Below are positions 21,161 through 30,410 of a DNA stretch of 64,000 bases, in pieces; position 1 is the stretch's first letter, and every line of letters starts with the position of its first letter. Below the pieces are notes generated by a model. That model saw only the letters and a program-made list of their open reading frames with translations. It did no database searches and was not told the origin of the DNA. Source of the DNA: an uncultured delta proteobacterium (GTDB lineage Bacteria > Desulfobacterota > Desulfobacteria > Desulfobacterales > JAHEIW01); contig CAVPNL010000015.1 of NCBI GenBank assembly GCA_963706575.1, forward strand, positions 465,518 through 529,517. Reading direction: 5' to 3'. The translations under genes were made by a program, and so were the position numbers.

Positions 21161-22147
21161 ATGGAATACCGCCGACTGGGACGATCCGGCTTAAAAATCT
21201 CCAAACTGGCCCTGGGCACCATGAATTTCGGCAACCCAACCGATAAGACCGAGTCTTTTCGAATCATCCATACGGCCCTGGATGCCGGGATCAATATCCT
21301 GGACTGCGCGGATGTTTATGCAGACGGTGAAAGTGAACGTATCATCGGTGAAGCCCTGGCGGAAAACAGCAAAAGAAAAGAGGTGTTGGTCACTTCGAAA
21401 GCATTTCTGCCGACCGGCAAAGGGCCTAACGATGCCGGAAATTCAAAACATCATATTTTAGCCGCCTGTGAAAACAGCTTAAAACGCCTGAAAACCGACT
21501 GGATCGACATTTATTTTTTACACCGCACCGATTTCAGCGTGCCCCAGGAAGAATCGCTGGCGGCCCTGGATTTGTTGGTGCAGCAGGGAAAGGTTCGCCA
21601 CATCGGGTGCTCAACCCATCCGCCCTGGCGGGCGGTTGAGGCCTGGTGGATCGCCGATAAACATCATTACCCCAAATTTATCTGCGAACAACCACCCTAT
21701 AATTTGCTCGATCGCCGGGTTGAAAATGAGATCGTGCCCATGTGTAAGGCCTATGATTTGGGCATCATCTCCTGGTCACCGCTGGCCCAGGGCGTTTTGG
21801 CCGGCCGATACCAGGATGCCGCCGACATTCCGCAAGGCAGCCGGGGTGCCTTTAAATCGATCTATGCCGAACGGATCACCCCGCAGGGCATCGAAGTCGC
21901 TCAACAACTGGCAAAAAGGGCGGCTCAAAAAGGATGCACCTTACCCCAGCTGGCGGTGGCCTGGGTGCTCCATCAGCCGGGCATAACGGCCGCCATCATC
22001 GGCCCGCGAACCCTGGCGCATCTAAATGATTTGCTTTCAGCAGCTGATCTGAACCTGGACGACACTGATCTGGATTACTGCAATCGTCTGGTCAAGCCGG
22101 GTGCATTTGTGTCGGACCATTTTAATACGGCCGGATGGCGCTCCTGA
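21161..22147 (+). CDS. Aldo/keto reductase
   Basis: YRRLGRSGLKIS.LALGTM, SLKRLKTDWID, WSPLAQGVL. Confidence 0.92.
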   Translation: MEYRRLGRSGLKISKLALGTMNFGNPTDKTESFRIIHTALDAGINILDCADVYADGESERIIGEALAENSKRKEVLVTSKAFLPTGKGPNDAGNSKHHILAACENSLKRLKTDWIDIYFLHRTDFSVPQEESLAALDLLVQQGKVRHIGCSTHPPWRAVEAWWIADKHHYPKFICEQPPYNLLDRRVENEIVPMCKAYDLGIISWSPLAQGVLAGRYQDAADIPQGSRGAFKSIYAERITPQGIEVAQQLAKRAAQKGCTLPQLAVAWVLHQPGITAAIIGPRTLAHLNDLLSAADLNLDDTDLDYCNRLVKPGAFVSDHFNTAGWRS

Positions 22148-22473
22148 GCACTGAACGCTCAAATGATGCGGTATCGAGAAAGAATTGATAATGGAAAGTG
22201 ACTGCAGCTAAGGTTGTTCAAAACAAAAAACCAGCAAACGCCGGGTTTACTGACGAAACCTCCGGCACCAGCAAGAAAGGAGGGATACCAAAAAGCTTAT
22301 TTTAAGGGCGTTTGGTTTAGCCTGAAACTGTATTTTCCCCGAAATCGGCCTTGCAGAGCATCGCTTTCAAGCAAATTCGTAATTTTATCGTGAGGCAGGC
22401 TGCCAAACAGCGGAGGGGCCGTAGCGGTCCAAAAAAAGATAACCAAAACATCTAAAAAAAGGAGGGTTTGGTA

Positions 22474-23475
22474 ATGAGAAAGATAATGCTTATTGGTCTG
22501 GTTTTGATTCTGGCCATGGTCACCGGCGCTTATGCCGCCGATTTTCCCAAACGAAACATCACCTCGGTGGTGGTCTGGGGTGCGGGTGGCGGAACCGATA
22601 CCTGCAACCGGATTATTGCTGCTGAAATGCAAAAATTCTTAGGGGTTAATATCAACGTGATCAACAAAACCGGCGGCGTCGCCGGTTCGGTTGGCATGAT
22701 GTACGGGTTTTCCAGGCCCCATGACGGATACACCCTGACCGGCCTGTCCGAATCCAATGTCACCGCCGGCGTACAGGGCGGCTGGGATAAGAATTTTAAT
22801 GTTTGGGATGTCTTTATCGTCGGCGGCTCACCGGACGTGATTTCAGTCACCCCGGACACGCCTTACAAAAGCCTTAAAGACCTGATCGAAGCGGCTAAAA
22901 AAAGCCCCGGCAGCATTAAAGCCGCAGCCAGCGGTGCCGGCTCCATCCATCATCTGAATCTGCTGGCAGTGGAAAACGGCTCCGGCGCCGACTTCAACTT
23001 CATTCCCTATAAGGGTTCGGCTCCCAGCCAGAACGCGGCCATGGCCGGTGAAGTATCCGTGGTCGTCACCTCTCTGGCCGAGCAACAGCAACTGCTGCGC
23101 GGCGGCAAACTGCGCGCCCTGGCAATGCTGATCCCGGAGCCATTCGAAGTCGAAGGATTGGGCAAGATTCCGTCATCTTTTGATTCATATCCCGGATTGT
23201 CCAAATACCTGCCGATTTCCCAGGCCATCGGATTTGCCGTTCCGGCCGACGTCCCGGCTGAGCGTAAAGCCGTGCTGGTGAAGGCGTTTGATCAAGCCAT
23301 GGCCACCGATAAGGTGAAAAGCTGGGCCAAAGATAATTACTACCTGCTGTCGGGCAAAACCGGCGCGGATTCAAAAAAGGTTTTTGACGGGCTTCAATCC
23401 AATTTTGCCTGGACGCTGTGGGAACTGAAGGCGGCTAAAGTCAACCCGGATAAACTGGGTATTCCCAAACCGTAA
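22474..23475 (+). CDS. tctC: Tripartite tricarboxylate transporter substrate-binding protein (TctC/Bug)
   Basis: FPKRNITSVVVWGAGGGTD, DGYTL, IPYKG. Confidence 0.88.
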   Translation: MRKIMLIGLVLILAMVTGAYAADFPKRNITSVVVWGAGGGTDTCNRIIAAEMQKFLGVNINVINKTGGVAGSVGMMYGFSRPHDGYTLTGLSESNVTAGVQGGWDKNFNVWDVFIVGGSPDVISVTPDTPYKSLKDLIEAAKKSPGSIKAAASGAGSIHHLNLLAVENGSGADFNFIPYKGSAPSQNAAMAGEVSVVVTSLAEQQQLLRGGKLRALAMLIPEPFEVEGLGKIPSSFDSYPGLSKYLPISQAIGFAVPADVPAERKAVLVKAFDQAMATDKVKSWAKDNYYLLSGKTGADSKKVFDGLQSNFAWTLWELKAAKVNPDKLGIPKP

Positions 23476-23486
23476 ACATTCAAAAC

Positions 23487-23522
23487 GTGAGAGACAGGTA
23501 TCCAAAGATGCCTGTCTCTCAC
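23487..23522. other. Intra-operon stem-loop after the SBP gene (mRNA stabiliser or partial terminator)
   Basis: gtgagagacaggtatc-caaa-gatgcctgtctctcac; no U tract. Confidence 0.6.
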
Positions 23523-23565
23523 CGTTACCGCTCAGCGTTAACCGAATAATTGAGGACCTTCCACC

Positions 23566-24330
23566 ATGCTGGAAAAAGAAAAACTCCGAAAGGCCGACGT
23601 GTATTCCGGCATCGTCATTTTTCTGTTCGGCGCCTGGATTGTCTGGCAGGCATCAAAAATGCCCATGAAAGACAGCTGGGGCGGGGTGCAAAACGTCTGG
23701 TTCGTCTCCCCGGCCCTGTTCCCGCTATTTGTCGGCGCCATGATCATGCTGCTGGGTTTGTTACTCGTTAGAACCGCATTGAAAACCATTGGCATGAAAG
23801 CATTCGGCGACACCCTGCAATGGCTGTTCAGCCAAAACCTGCTTCAATTTTTAAATACGGTGCCCATTTTGCGGTTTTATGCGATTGCCGTCCTTTTTTT
23901 GGCATTTGTTTTCTTGAACATCCCGCGAATCGATTTTTTCCTGAGCGCCGTTCTGTTTTTAAGCGTGTTTATCACGATGTTCTACCTCGATAAGGCGGTG
24001 CTTTTAAAAAAGCTCTTTTTTTTCTATCTGGCGGGCACTGTCTTTTTTATTTTTTACTTTGCTGCGGGTTTAGAGGAATTGCTCAGCCCGGTCTTGCCTT
24101 TTGCAAAAGACATTCTGGCCCTGGTTTTTATCCTGGGGTACTGTCTTTATGCCTGGCGACTGATTCGCAGCAACCCGCTATTGCGCAAAAAATATCGAAC
24201 CGGTTTGATTGTGGCGGTTGTGTCACCTTTTGTGGTGGGTGTGATCTTTAAATATTTTCTGCTGGTACCCATGCCGGCCGAGGGCATGGTTGTCGCACTT
24301 CTGGACGCGATCTGGTATTTTGAATTTTAA
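23566..24330 (+). CDS. tctB: TTT small membrane subunit (extended TctB-like)
   Basis: SPALFP motif, C-terminal F.YFLLVPMP, position between tctC and tctA. Confidence 0.7.
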   Translation: MLEKEKLRKADVYSGIVIFLFGAWIVWQASKMPMKDSWGGVQNVWFVSPALFPLFVGAMIMLLGLLLVRTALKTIGMKAFGDTLQWLFSQNLLQFLNTVPILRFYAIAVLFLAFVFLNIPRIDFFLSAVLFLSVFITMFYLDKAVLLKKLFFFYLAGTVFFIFYFAAGLEELLSPVLPFAKDILALVFILGYCLYAWRLIRSNPLLRKKYRTGLIVAVVSPFVVGVIFKYFLLVPMPAEGMVVALLDAIWYFEF

Positions 24331-24359
24331 TTTTCGGCTTTGAAGGGATTCGCTTTTCC

Positions 24360-25925
24360 ATGATGATTTTCGAAAGAATCGGGACCTATTTTCAGATGGT
24401 GTTTCATCTGGCAGCGGACCCGTTGAATATAATCGTTCTTTTTTGCTCCGTTCTGATGGGGATCATATTTGGCGCCATGCCGGGGCTGACCTCGACGCTG
24501 GGGGTGGCGCTTTTGACCGCACTGACCTACGGCATGGATACGGCCACCGCCATGCTCTGCCTGCTTTCCATTTACGTTGGCGGAACCTACGGCGGTTCGT
24601 ACTCCTCCATTCTGATCAATATTCCCGGAACGGCCGCTTCCGCCGCCACCGCCCTGGACGGCTACCCGCTGGCCTGCAAAGGAGAAGGCGGCCGCGCCAT
24701 TGGCCTGACCACGACCGCATCGGCCATCGGTACGATTATCAGCATGCTGTTTCTGGTCAGCATTTCTCCGTTAATCTCCTTCTTTGCACTGCAGTTTACT
24801 TCCTTTGAGTTTTTTCTGCTGGCGTTTTTCGGTATTCTGATCAGCGGGACCCTCACCAGTCCGGATCTGGTCATCAAGGGCTGGATAGCGGGTTTTCTGG
24901 GGCTTTTTCTGGCCTGTGTCGGCCGTGACCTTTTGCAGTTTTATCCTCGGTTTACCTTTGGCATTCCACAACTGGACAGTGGCGTTGAAGTGGTGCCGGT
25001 GCTGATTGGTGCCTTTGGAATTCCGCAGATTATTCAGGTCCTGAAAGACCGCTTCCAGATCGGTGAGACCCAGAAGTTTCAGCGTATCATGCCGGAATTC
25101 GGAACCATTGTCAGAAATGTTCCCAGAATTATCCGCTCCGCCCTCATCGGTGTCGGTATCGGCTCGGTTCCCGGCATTGGCGAAGACATCGCGGCCTGGG
25201 TGTCCTATGGCACGGCCAAAAACACATCCAAACATCCCGAGCGCTTCGGAAAGGGGGAAATTACCGCCGTTCTGTCCACCGAAGTCGCCAATAACGCCTG
25301 CGTGGGGGGTGCCATGATTCCCCTGCTCAATCTGGGCATCCCGGGAAGCCCCCCGGCGGCCATGCTGCTGGGCGCCTTGATGCTGCACGGCGTTACACCC
25401 GGACCCATGATTACCTTTGAGCACCCCACCTTTATCATGGAAGTGGCTGCTATTCTGCTGCTGGCGTCCGTAACGATGTGGGTGGTCGGGATGCTGCTGG
25501 CCAAACAGGTGGTTAAAGTGTTGCGGATCCCGGTCCAGCTTTTTATGCCCATTATTGGAATTCTGTGCATTATCGGTTCCTATTCGCTGGGAATGAATAT
25601 CTGGAATCTGTATCTGATGCTGCCGGTGGGAATTATCAGTTATTTTCTGATTGAAATGGGGTATCCCATCGCCCCGCTGGTCATCGGCGTGATCCTGGGG
25701 CCCATGGCCGACGAAAACCTGCGACGGGCGCTAATGGTCTCCCAGGGAAGTTTTCTGCCGGTTTTTACCCGTCCGGTATCACTGATTTTATTTCTGGTGA
25801 TCGTGTGGACCGTGGTCAGCCAGTTTCCGACTTATCGCAATTTTAAAGATAAACTGATGGGAAAAATATTTCGCCGCAAATCAAGCCAGGCTGACTTTGA
25901 TGGCGACATGCCCGAGGCGGGATGA
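24360..25925 (+). CDS. tctA: TTT large membrane subunit TctA
   Basis: GAMPGL, YGGSYSSILINIPGT, LDGYPLA, EVANNA, LGIPGS. Confidence 0.92.
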   Translation: MMIFERIGTYFQMVFHLAADPLNIIVLFCSVLMGIIFGAMPGLTSTLGVALLTALTYGMDTATAMLCLLSIYVGGTYGGSYSSILINIPGTAASAATALDGYPLACKGEGGRAIGLTTTASAIGTIISMLFLVSISPLISFFALQFTSFEFFLLAFFGILISGTLTSPDLVIKGWIAGFLGLFLACVGRDLLQFYPRFTFGIPQLDSGVEVVPVLIGAFGIPQIIQVLKDRFQIGETQKFQRIMPEFGTIVRNVPRIIRSALIGVGIGSVPGIGEDIAAWVSYGTAKNTSKHPERFGKGEITAVLSTEVANNACVGGAMIPLLNLGIPGSPPAAMLLGALMLHGVTPGPMITFEHPTFIMEVAAILLLASVTMWVVGMLLAKQVVKVLRIPVQLFMPIIGILCIIGSYSLGMNIWNLYLMLPVGIISYFLIEMGYPIAPLVIGVILGPMADENLRRALMVSQGSFLPVFTRPVSLILFLVIVWTVVSQFPTYRNFKDKLMGKIFRRKSSQADFDGDMPEAG

Positions 25926-26005
25926 TTCGTTGATGGGTATGGCACATCAATATTTTATTTCTCAATTATTCAATGATGGACAGGAGTCCCGCTAAGGAGG
26001 ATCCG

Positions 26006-26971
26006 ATGTTAAAAATGGGTATTATCACCGGGTTTTTGTCACAGACCAAAGACCGCTTTCACGAGTATAACAAACCGCTGGATCTCGATCAAAAGTTTAA
26101 GCTGATGACCCAGATCAAGGGTTACGACGGCGTGGAGATCGTTTATCCCTACGAGGCCAGCGACCCGAAGACCACCACCGAAATTTTAAACAAACACCAT
26201 CTCAACGTGGCCGCGGTAAATGTGAATGTTAAAGCCGAGCCCGAGTTTCGCAACGGCGGCCTGACCTCCCATGACAGAGCGGTGCGTGCTAAAGCCGTTC
26301 GTTTTATCAAAGAAGCCAAGGATTTTGCCGCCGCCGTCGGCGCCGACAAAGTGACCTGCTGCCCCCTGGGTGACGGCTATGAATTTTCCTTCCAGTATGA
26401 TTATGCCACGACCTGGAAATATTTAATCGAAACCTTCGGCGAAGCCGGTCATTACAAAACGGAAATACCGCTGTGCATTGAATACAAACCCAGCGAAACC
26501 CGCGGTCACTGTTTCATTGACACGGCCGCCAAAGCGCTGTTGCTGCTCAATGATATTCAGTCCAAAGACATGGGGGTCACGCTGGATTTCGGGCATTCCA
26601 TGTATGGCAACGAAAATCCGGCCGAGGCCGTAACGCTTCTGGCGGAAAGCCCTTACCGATACTACATCCACATCAATGACAATGACGGTCGCTGGGATTG
26701 GGACTATTTTTGTGGGACCAAGCATTTTTTAGAGTACGTCGAGTTTCTCTATTACTTGAAAAAATATGGCTACAACGATTACCTGACCTCGGATACCTCA
26801 CCGACCCGCTGGGATATAAAAGGCACCTTCGAAGCCAACAGTCGCATGTCCAATAAAATATGGAATCTGCTGGGACGGATCGACCTAGACGAATTTGAGG
26901 GATTGATTGCGGCGGGCGATTATCTGCAAACCTGGAAATTTATCGAGGCCAACATCTTTTCGTTAAAATAA
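26006..26971 (+). CDS. Xylose-isomerase-like TIM-barrel sugar isomerase/epimerase
   Basis: IEYKPSE, LDFGH, HINDNDGRWDWD metal ligands; start after AAGGAGG. Confidence 0.85.
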   Translation: MLKMGIITGFLSQTKDRFHEYNKPLDLDQKFKLMTQIKGYDGVEIVYPYEASDPKTTTEILNKHHLNVAAVNVNVKAEPEFRNGGLTSHDRAVRAKAVRFIKEAKDFAAAVGADKVTCCPLGDGYEFSFQYDYATTWKYLIETFGEAGHYKTEIPLCIEYKPSETRGHCFIDTAAKALLLLNDIQSKDMGVTLDFGHSMYGNENPAEAVTLLAESPYRYYIHINDNDGRWDWDYFCGTKHFLEYVEFLYYLKKYGYNDYLTSDTSPTRWDIKGTFEANSRMSNKIWNLLGRIDLDEFEGLIAAGDYLQTWKFIEANIFSLK

Positions 26972-27005
26972 CGGCAGAAAAAATAGCAAAGGAGTTTAGA
27001 TTAAA

Positions 27006-27833
27006 ATGTCGCAAAAACCCATGAGCGTAGAAGAACTCGAGAAAATGGCGGTGATCATTCGCTGTGACATCATCGATATGATCTGCACCGCGGCTGCCGG
27101 ACACCCGGGTGGATCGCTTTCGGCAGCGGATGTGGTCACGGCGCTTTACTTTCGGATAATGCGCATCGATCCCGAAAATCCGGGATGGCCGGACCGCGAC
27201 CGCTTTATTCTTTCCAAAGGCCATGCCTGTCCGGTCTGGTATGCCGCCCTGGCAGAGCGCGGCTATTTTGACAAATCACATCTAAAAACCCTGCGCCAGA
27301 TGGGCAGTATTCTGCAAGGCCATCCCGACATGCGCAAAACCCCTGGCATCGATATGACCGCCGGTTCTCTGGGCCACGGGCTGTCGGCGGGACTTGGCAT
27401 GGCCCTGAGCGGCAAGCTGCAGCAAAAAGATTACCATGTCTTTGTGATCATCGGGGATGGCGAATCCCAGGAAGGATCCATCTGGGAGGCCTCCATGGCA
27501 GCGCCCAACTTCAAGCTGGATAATCTGACCGCTATTTTGGATTACAACCACCTGCAAAACGACTACAGCGTGGATGATATAATGCCCATTCATCCGGCGG
27601 TTGATAAGTGGCAGGCCTTTGGCTGGCACGTTCTCGACATCGATGGCCACGATATGGCGCAGGTGGTGGCGGCCCTGGAGGAGGCCAAATCACACAAGGG
27701 GAAGCCGACGATGATTGTGGCCAACACGGTTAAAGGCAAAGGCGTCTCCTATATGGAAAATGTGTGTGAATGGCACGGCAGGGCGCCCTGCCAGGAAGAG
27801 GCCGATCAGGCCTTAGAAGAGCTCAGGAGGTAA
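27006..27833 (+). CDS. Split transketolase, N-terminal (ThDP-binding) subunit
   Basis: GHPGGSLS, RDRFILSKGH, LQGHP, GDGESQEG, KGKG. Confidence 0.93.
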   Translation: MSQKPMSVEELEKMAVIIRCDIIDMICTAAAGHPGGSLSAADVVTALYFRIMRIDPENPGWPDRDRFILSKGHACPVWYAALAERGYFDKSHLKTLRQMGSILQGHPDMRKTPGIDMTAGSLGHGLSAGLGMALSGKLQQKDYHVFVIIGDGESQEGSIWEASMAAPNFKLDNLTAILDYNHLQNDYSVDDIMPIHPAVDKWQAFGWHVLDIDGHDMAQVVAALEEAKSHKGKPTMIVANTVKGKGVSYMENVCEWHGRAPCQEEADQALEELRR

Positions 27834-27838
27834 ATAAC

Positions 27839-28852
27839 GTGACAATTAGCAATTACCATTATCTTCGTCCCGAAATCGTATCGCTGCTGGCATCAGACGA
27901 TCTGTTTGCCAAAGCCGAGCAGCAGCCGACGCGCTATTCCTACGCCGAAGCCATACTGGAGCTGGGGGAGAAAAATCCTAAAGTCGTGGTGCTCGATGCG
28001 GATGTCTCCAAATCGATAAAGACCAATGAGTTCGCCGATAAGTTTCCGGATCGCTCGTTTAATTTTGGTGTGGCCGAGCAGAACATGATGGCCGCCGCCG
28101 CCGGAATGGCAACCACCGGTCTGATTCCCTTTGCCACGACCTATGCGGTTTTTGCCAGCATGCGCGCGCTGGACATGGTACGCAACAGCATCCACTACCC
28201 GAAACTGAATGTAAAGATCGCTGCCAGCCACAGCGGCATCACGCCGGGACCCGACGGTGTTACTCACCAGGGGCAGGAAGATCTGTCCATCATCCGCGCG
28301 ATTGCCAATTCCACCATCATCGCGCCGGCCGACCCGGCCACCACCAAACTGGCCGTATGGGCAGCCGCTGAATATGACGGCCCAGTTTATCTCAGCTTTA
28401 CGCGGGATCCGGTACCGGCGATCTTTGATCTGAATTACCCCTTTGAAATCGGCAAAGCTGTCACCGTCCGCGATGGAACCGATGCCACCATCATCGCCAT
28501 TCGGGACCTGGTGATTCAGTCGTTGATAGCGGCCGAACATCTGGCCGCCAGGGGGCTGAACGTCAGGGTAATCGACTGCCACACGCTGAAGCCGCTGGAT
28601 GTGGACGCCGTGCTGGCAGCCGCCTCAGAGACCGGCGCCATCGTTACGGCTGAAAACAATATATTCTTTGGCGGTCTTGGCAGTGCGGTTGCCGAGGTGC
28701 TGGTGGAAAACAATCCCATTCCGATGAAACGCATCGGGGTGCGGGATACGTTTGCCGAATCCGGTCCCTATCTGGATCTGTTGGACAAGTACGGGCTTTC
28801 CGCCCCACATATTGAAGCGGCCGTTGAGGAAGTTATCGCCCGCAAGCAGTGA
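27839..28852 (+). CDS. Split transketolase, C-terminal subunit
   Basis: GVAEQNM, GPDGVTHQ, TLKPLD, GGLGSAV; GTG start after AGGAGG. Confidence 0.92.
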   Translation: MTISNYHYLRPEIVSLLASDDLFAKAEQQPTRYSYAEAILELGEKNPKVVVLDADVSKSIKTNEFADKFPDRSFNFGVAEQNMMAAAAGMATTGLIPFATTYAVFASMRALDMVRNSIHYPKLNVKIAASHSGITPGPDGVTHQGQEDLSIIRAIANSTIIAPADPATTKLAVWAAAEYDGPVYLSFTRDPVPAIFDLNYPFEIGKAVTVRDGTDATIIAIRDLVIQSLIAAEHLAARGLNVRVIDCHTLKPLDVDAVLAAASETGAIVTAENNIFFGGLGSAVAEVLVENNPIPMKRIGVRDTFAESGPYLDLLDKYGLSAPHIEAAVEEVIARKQ

Positions 28853-28979
28853 TAAAATTTTACCACAGAGCACACAGTGGGTTTCTTAAAATCAGATAAT
28901 TCAAAAAGCCGGCTGTTGGATTTAAGCGATTTGTGTGGTAAACAATGCGTGTAATTTGATCTCAAAGGAGGTTGTCATC

Positions 28980-30125
28980 ATGGCTTCAAAGGAATGGCGG
29001 GTTCATAACCCCTCAGGCAAGCGGCGTGTCATCGTTACCAAAGAACTGCCCGGTGATCGCTGGCTCAACTTTCTGACCGCAGCCGATTGCAAAATCGAAA
29101 TTTCCACCTCACCCGAGGTGCTCAGTGTCGATGAAATAATAGCGGCCTTTGGGGATTCGTGTGACGGCGCCATCGGCCAGTTAACCGAGCCCTGGGGAGA
29201 CGAATCGTTTGCGGCGCTGAAAACGGCCGGGGGGAGCGCCTATAGCAACTATGCGGTCGGTTTCAACAATGTGGATGTGGATGCTGCCACCAAACACGGT
29301 ATCCCGGTGGGCAATACACCGGGGGTGTTGACCGAAACCACTGCCCAGATGGCTGTCGCTTTGACCTTTGCGGCCGCCCGCCGGGTGGGTGAAGCCGAGC
29401 GGTTTTTGCGAGACGGCAAGTACCAAGGCTGGCTGCCCACACTGTTTATGGGTAATCTTTTATGGCGCAAGACACTGGGGATCATCGGCGCCGGACGAAT
29501 CGGAGCCGCCTATGCCCAGATGATGGTTGAAGGCCACAAGATGAATCTGGTCTATTACGACCCGTATAGAAATGAAGCTCTGGAAAATCATCTGGACCAG
29601 TACAACAAATTTTTAAAATCGCAGGACCGGGCACCGGTATCCTGTAAACGTGCAGAAACCATTGAAGAATTGTTGCAGGAAGCCGACTGCGTCAGCATCC
29701 ATACCATCCTGGATGACAGCACCCACCACCTCATCAACGTCGAACGGCTGGCGCTGATGAAAGCGGATGCCATCATTGTAAATACCAGCCGCGGGCCGGT
29801 CATCGATGAAGCCGCGCTGGTCGCGCATTGCCGGAAAAACCCGGATTTTAAGGCCGGCCTGGACGTATTTGAAGATGAGCCCGAGATGAAACCGGGCCTG
29901 GTGAATCTGGACAATGTGGTCATTGTGCCGCACATTGCTTCGGCCACCAGCTGGACCCGCCAGGGTATGGCCACGCTGGCCGCCGCCAATGTGGCGGGTA
30001 TTCTGCAGGGATATCCGGCCTGGCAACGGCCGGATATTATGCCCTTTCTGGAAGGCGACTCACCCAAAGCGGCTCCCAGCATATTAAACGCAGACGCTTT
30101 GGGAATTCCAAAATACCAGGATTAG
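28980..30125 (+). CDS. D-glycerate dehydrogenase / hydroxypyruvate reductase, plant HPR1-like
   Basis: VGNTPGVLTETTA, GAGRIG, NTSRGPVIDE, GLDVFEDEP, PHIASA; also GQLTEPWG and AAPSILNADALG. Confidence 0.88.
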   Translation: MASKEWRVHNPSGKRRVIVTKELPGDRWLNFLTAADCKIEISTSPEVLSVDEIIAAFGDSCDGAIGQLTEPWGDESFAALKTAGGSAYSNYAVGFNNVDVDAATKHGIPVGNTPGVLTETTAQMAVALTFAAARRVGEAERFLRDGKYQGWLPTLFMGNLLWRKTLGIIGAGRIGAAYAQMMVEGHKMNLVYYDPYRNEALENHLDQYNKFLKSQDRAPVSCKRAETIEELLQEADCVSIHTILDDSTHHLINVERLALMKADAIIVNTSRGPVIDEAALVAHCRKNPDFKAGLDVFEDEPEMKPGLVNLDNVVIVPHIASATSWTRQGMATLAAANVAGILQGYPAWQRPDIMPFLEGDSPKAAPSILNADALGIPKYQD

Positions 30126-30153
30126 ATTTTAATTGTACTAGGTTATTTTTGAC

Positions 30154-30356
30154 GATCAGCCAATCCCCAAAAGCCAGCTGCTCAATCGCCTGCCGGATGA
30201 ATGACCGCAGGATTTAAGATCGGCCATTAAAAAAGGTGCTGAAAGCCGTTTTCCGAATCTGGCCTATATCGTTTTTCCGGTAATGTCGGTGATGACCATG
30301 TCCTGATGGATGTGGTTCGTCAACTGAAAGCGGGCTTAAGGAAAAAAGAAGTCTGA
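30154..30356 (+). pseudogene. Internally deleted four-carbon acid sugar kinase (DUF1537) remnant
   Basis: Hand translation LLNRLPDE*PQDLRSAIKK joined in frame to GAESRFPNLAYIVFP/(shift)GNVGDDHVLMDVV. Confidence 0.6.
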
Positions 30357-30410
30357 ACCCGCCGCATGACGCAACGGATTCAGGCCAAAGTGATTAAGCT
30401 TTAAACGGTT

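Noticed and set aside
22148..22467. Riboswitch (e.g. c-di-GMP-I) upstream of tctC
   Set aside because: Scattered gcaaa/gaaa words but no convincing paired stems; an Rfam scan would settle it
30202..30204. In-frame TGA as selenocysteine or recoded Trp
   Set aside because: Lies in a deleted gene remnant, no SECIS-like hairpin evident, and other genes use TGA as stop
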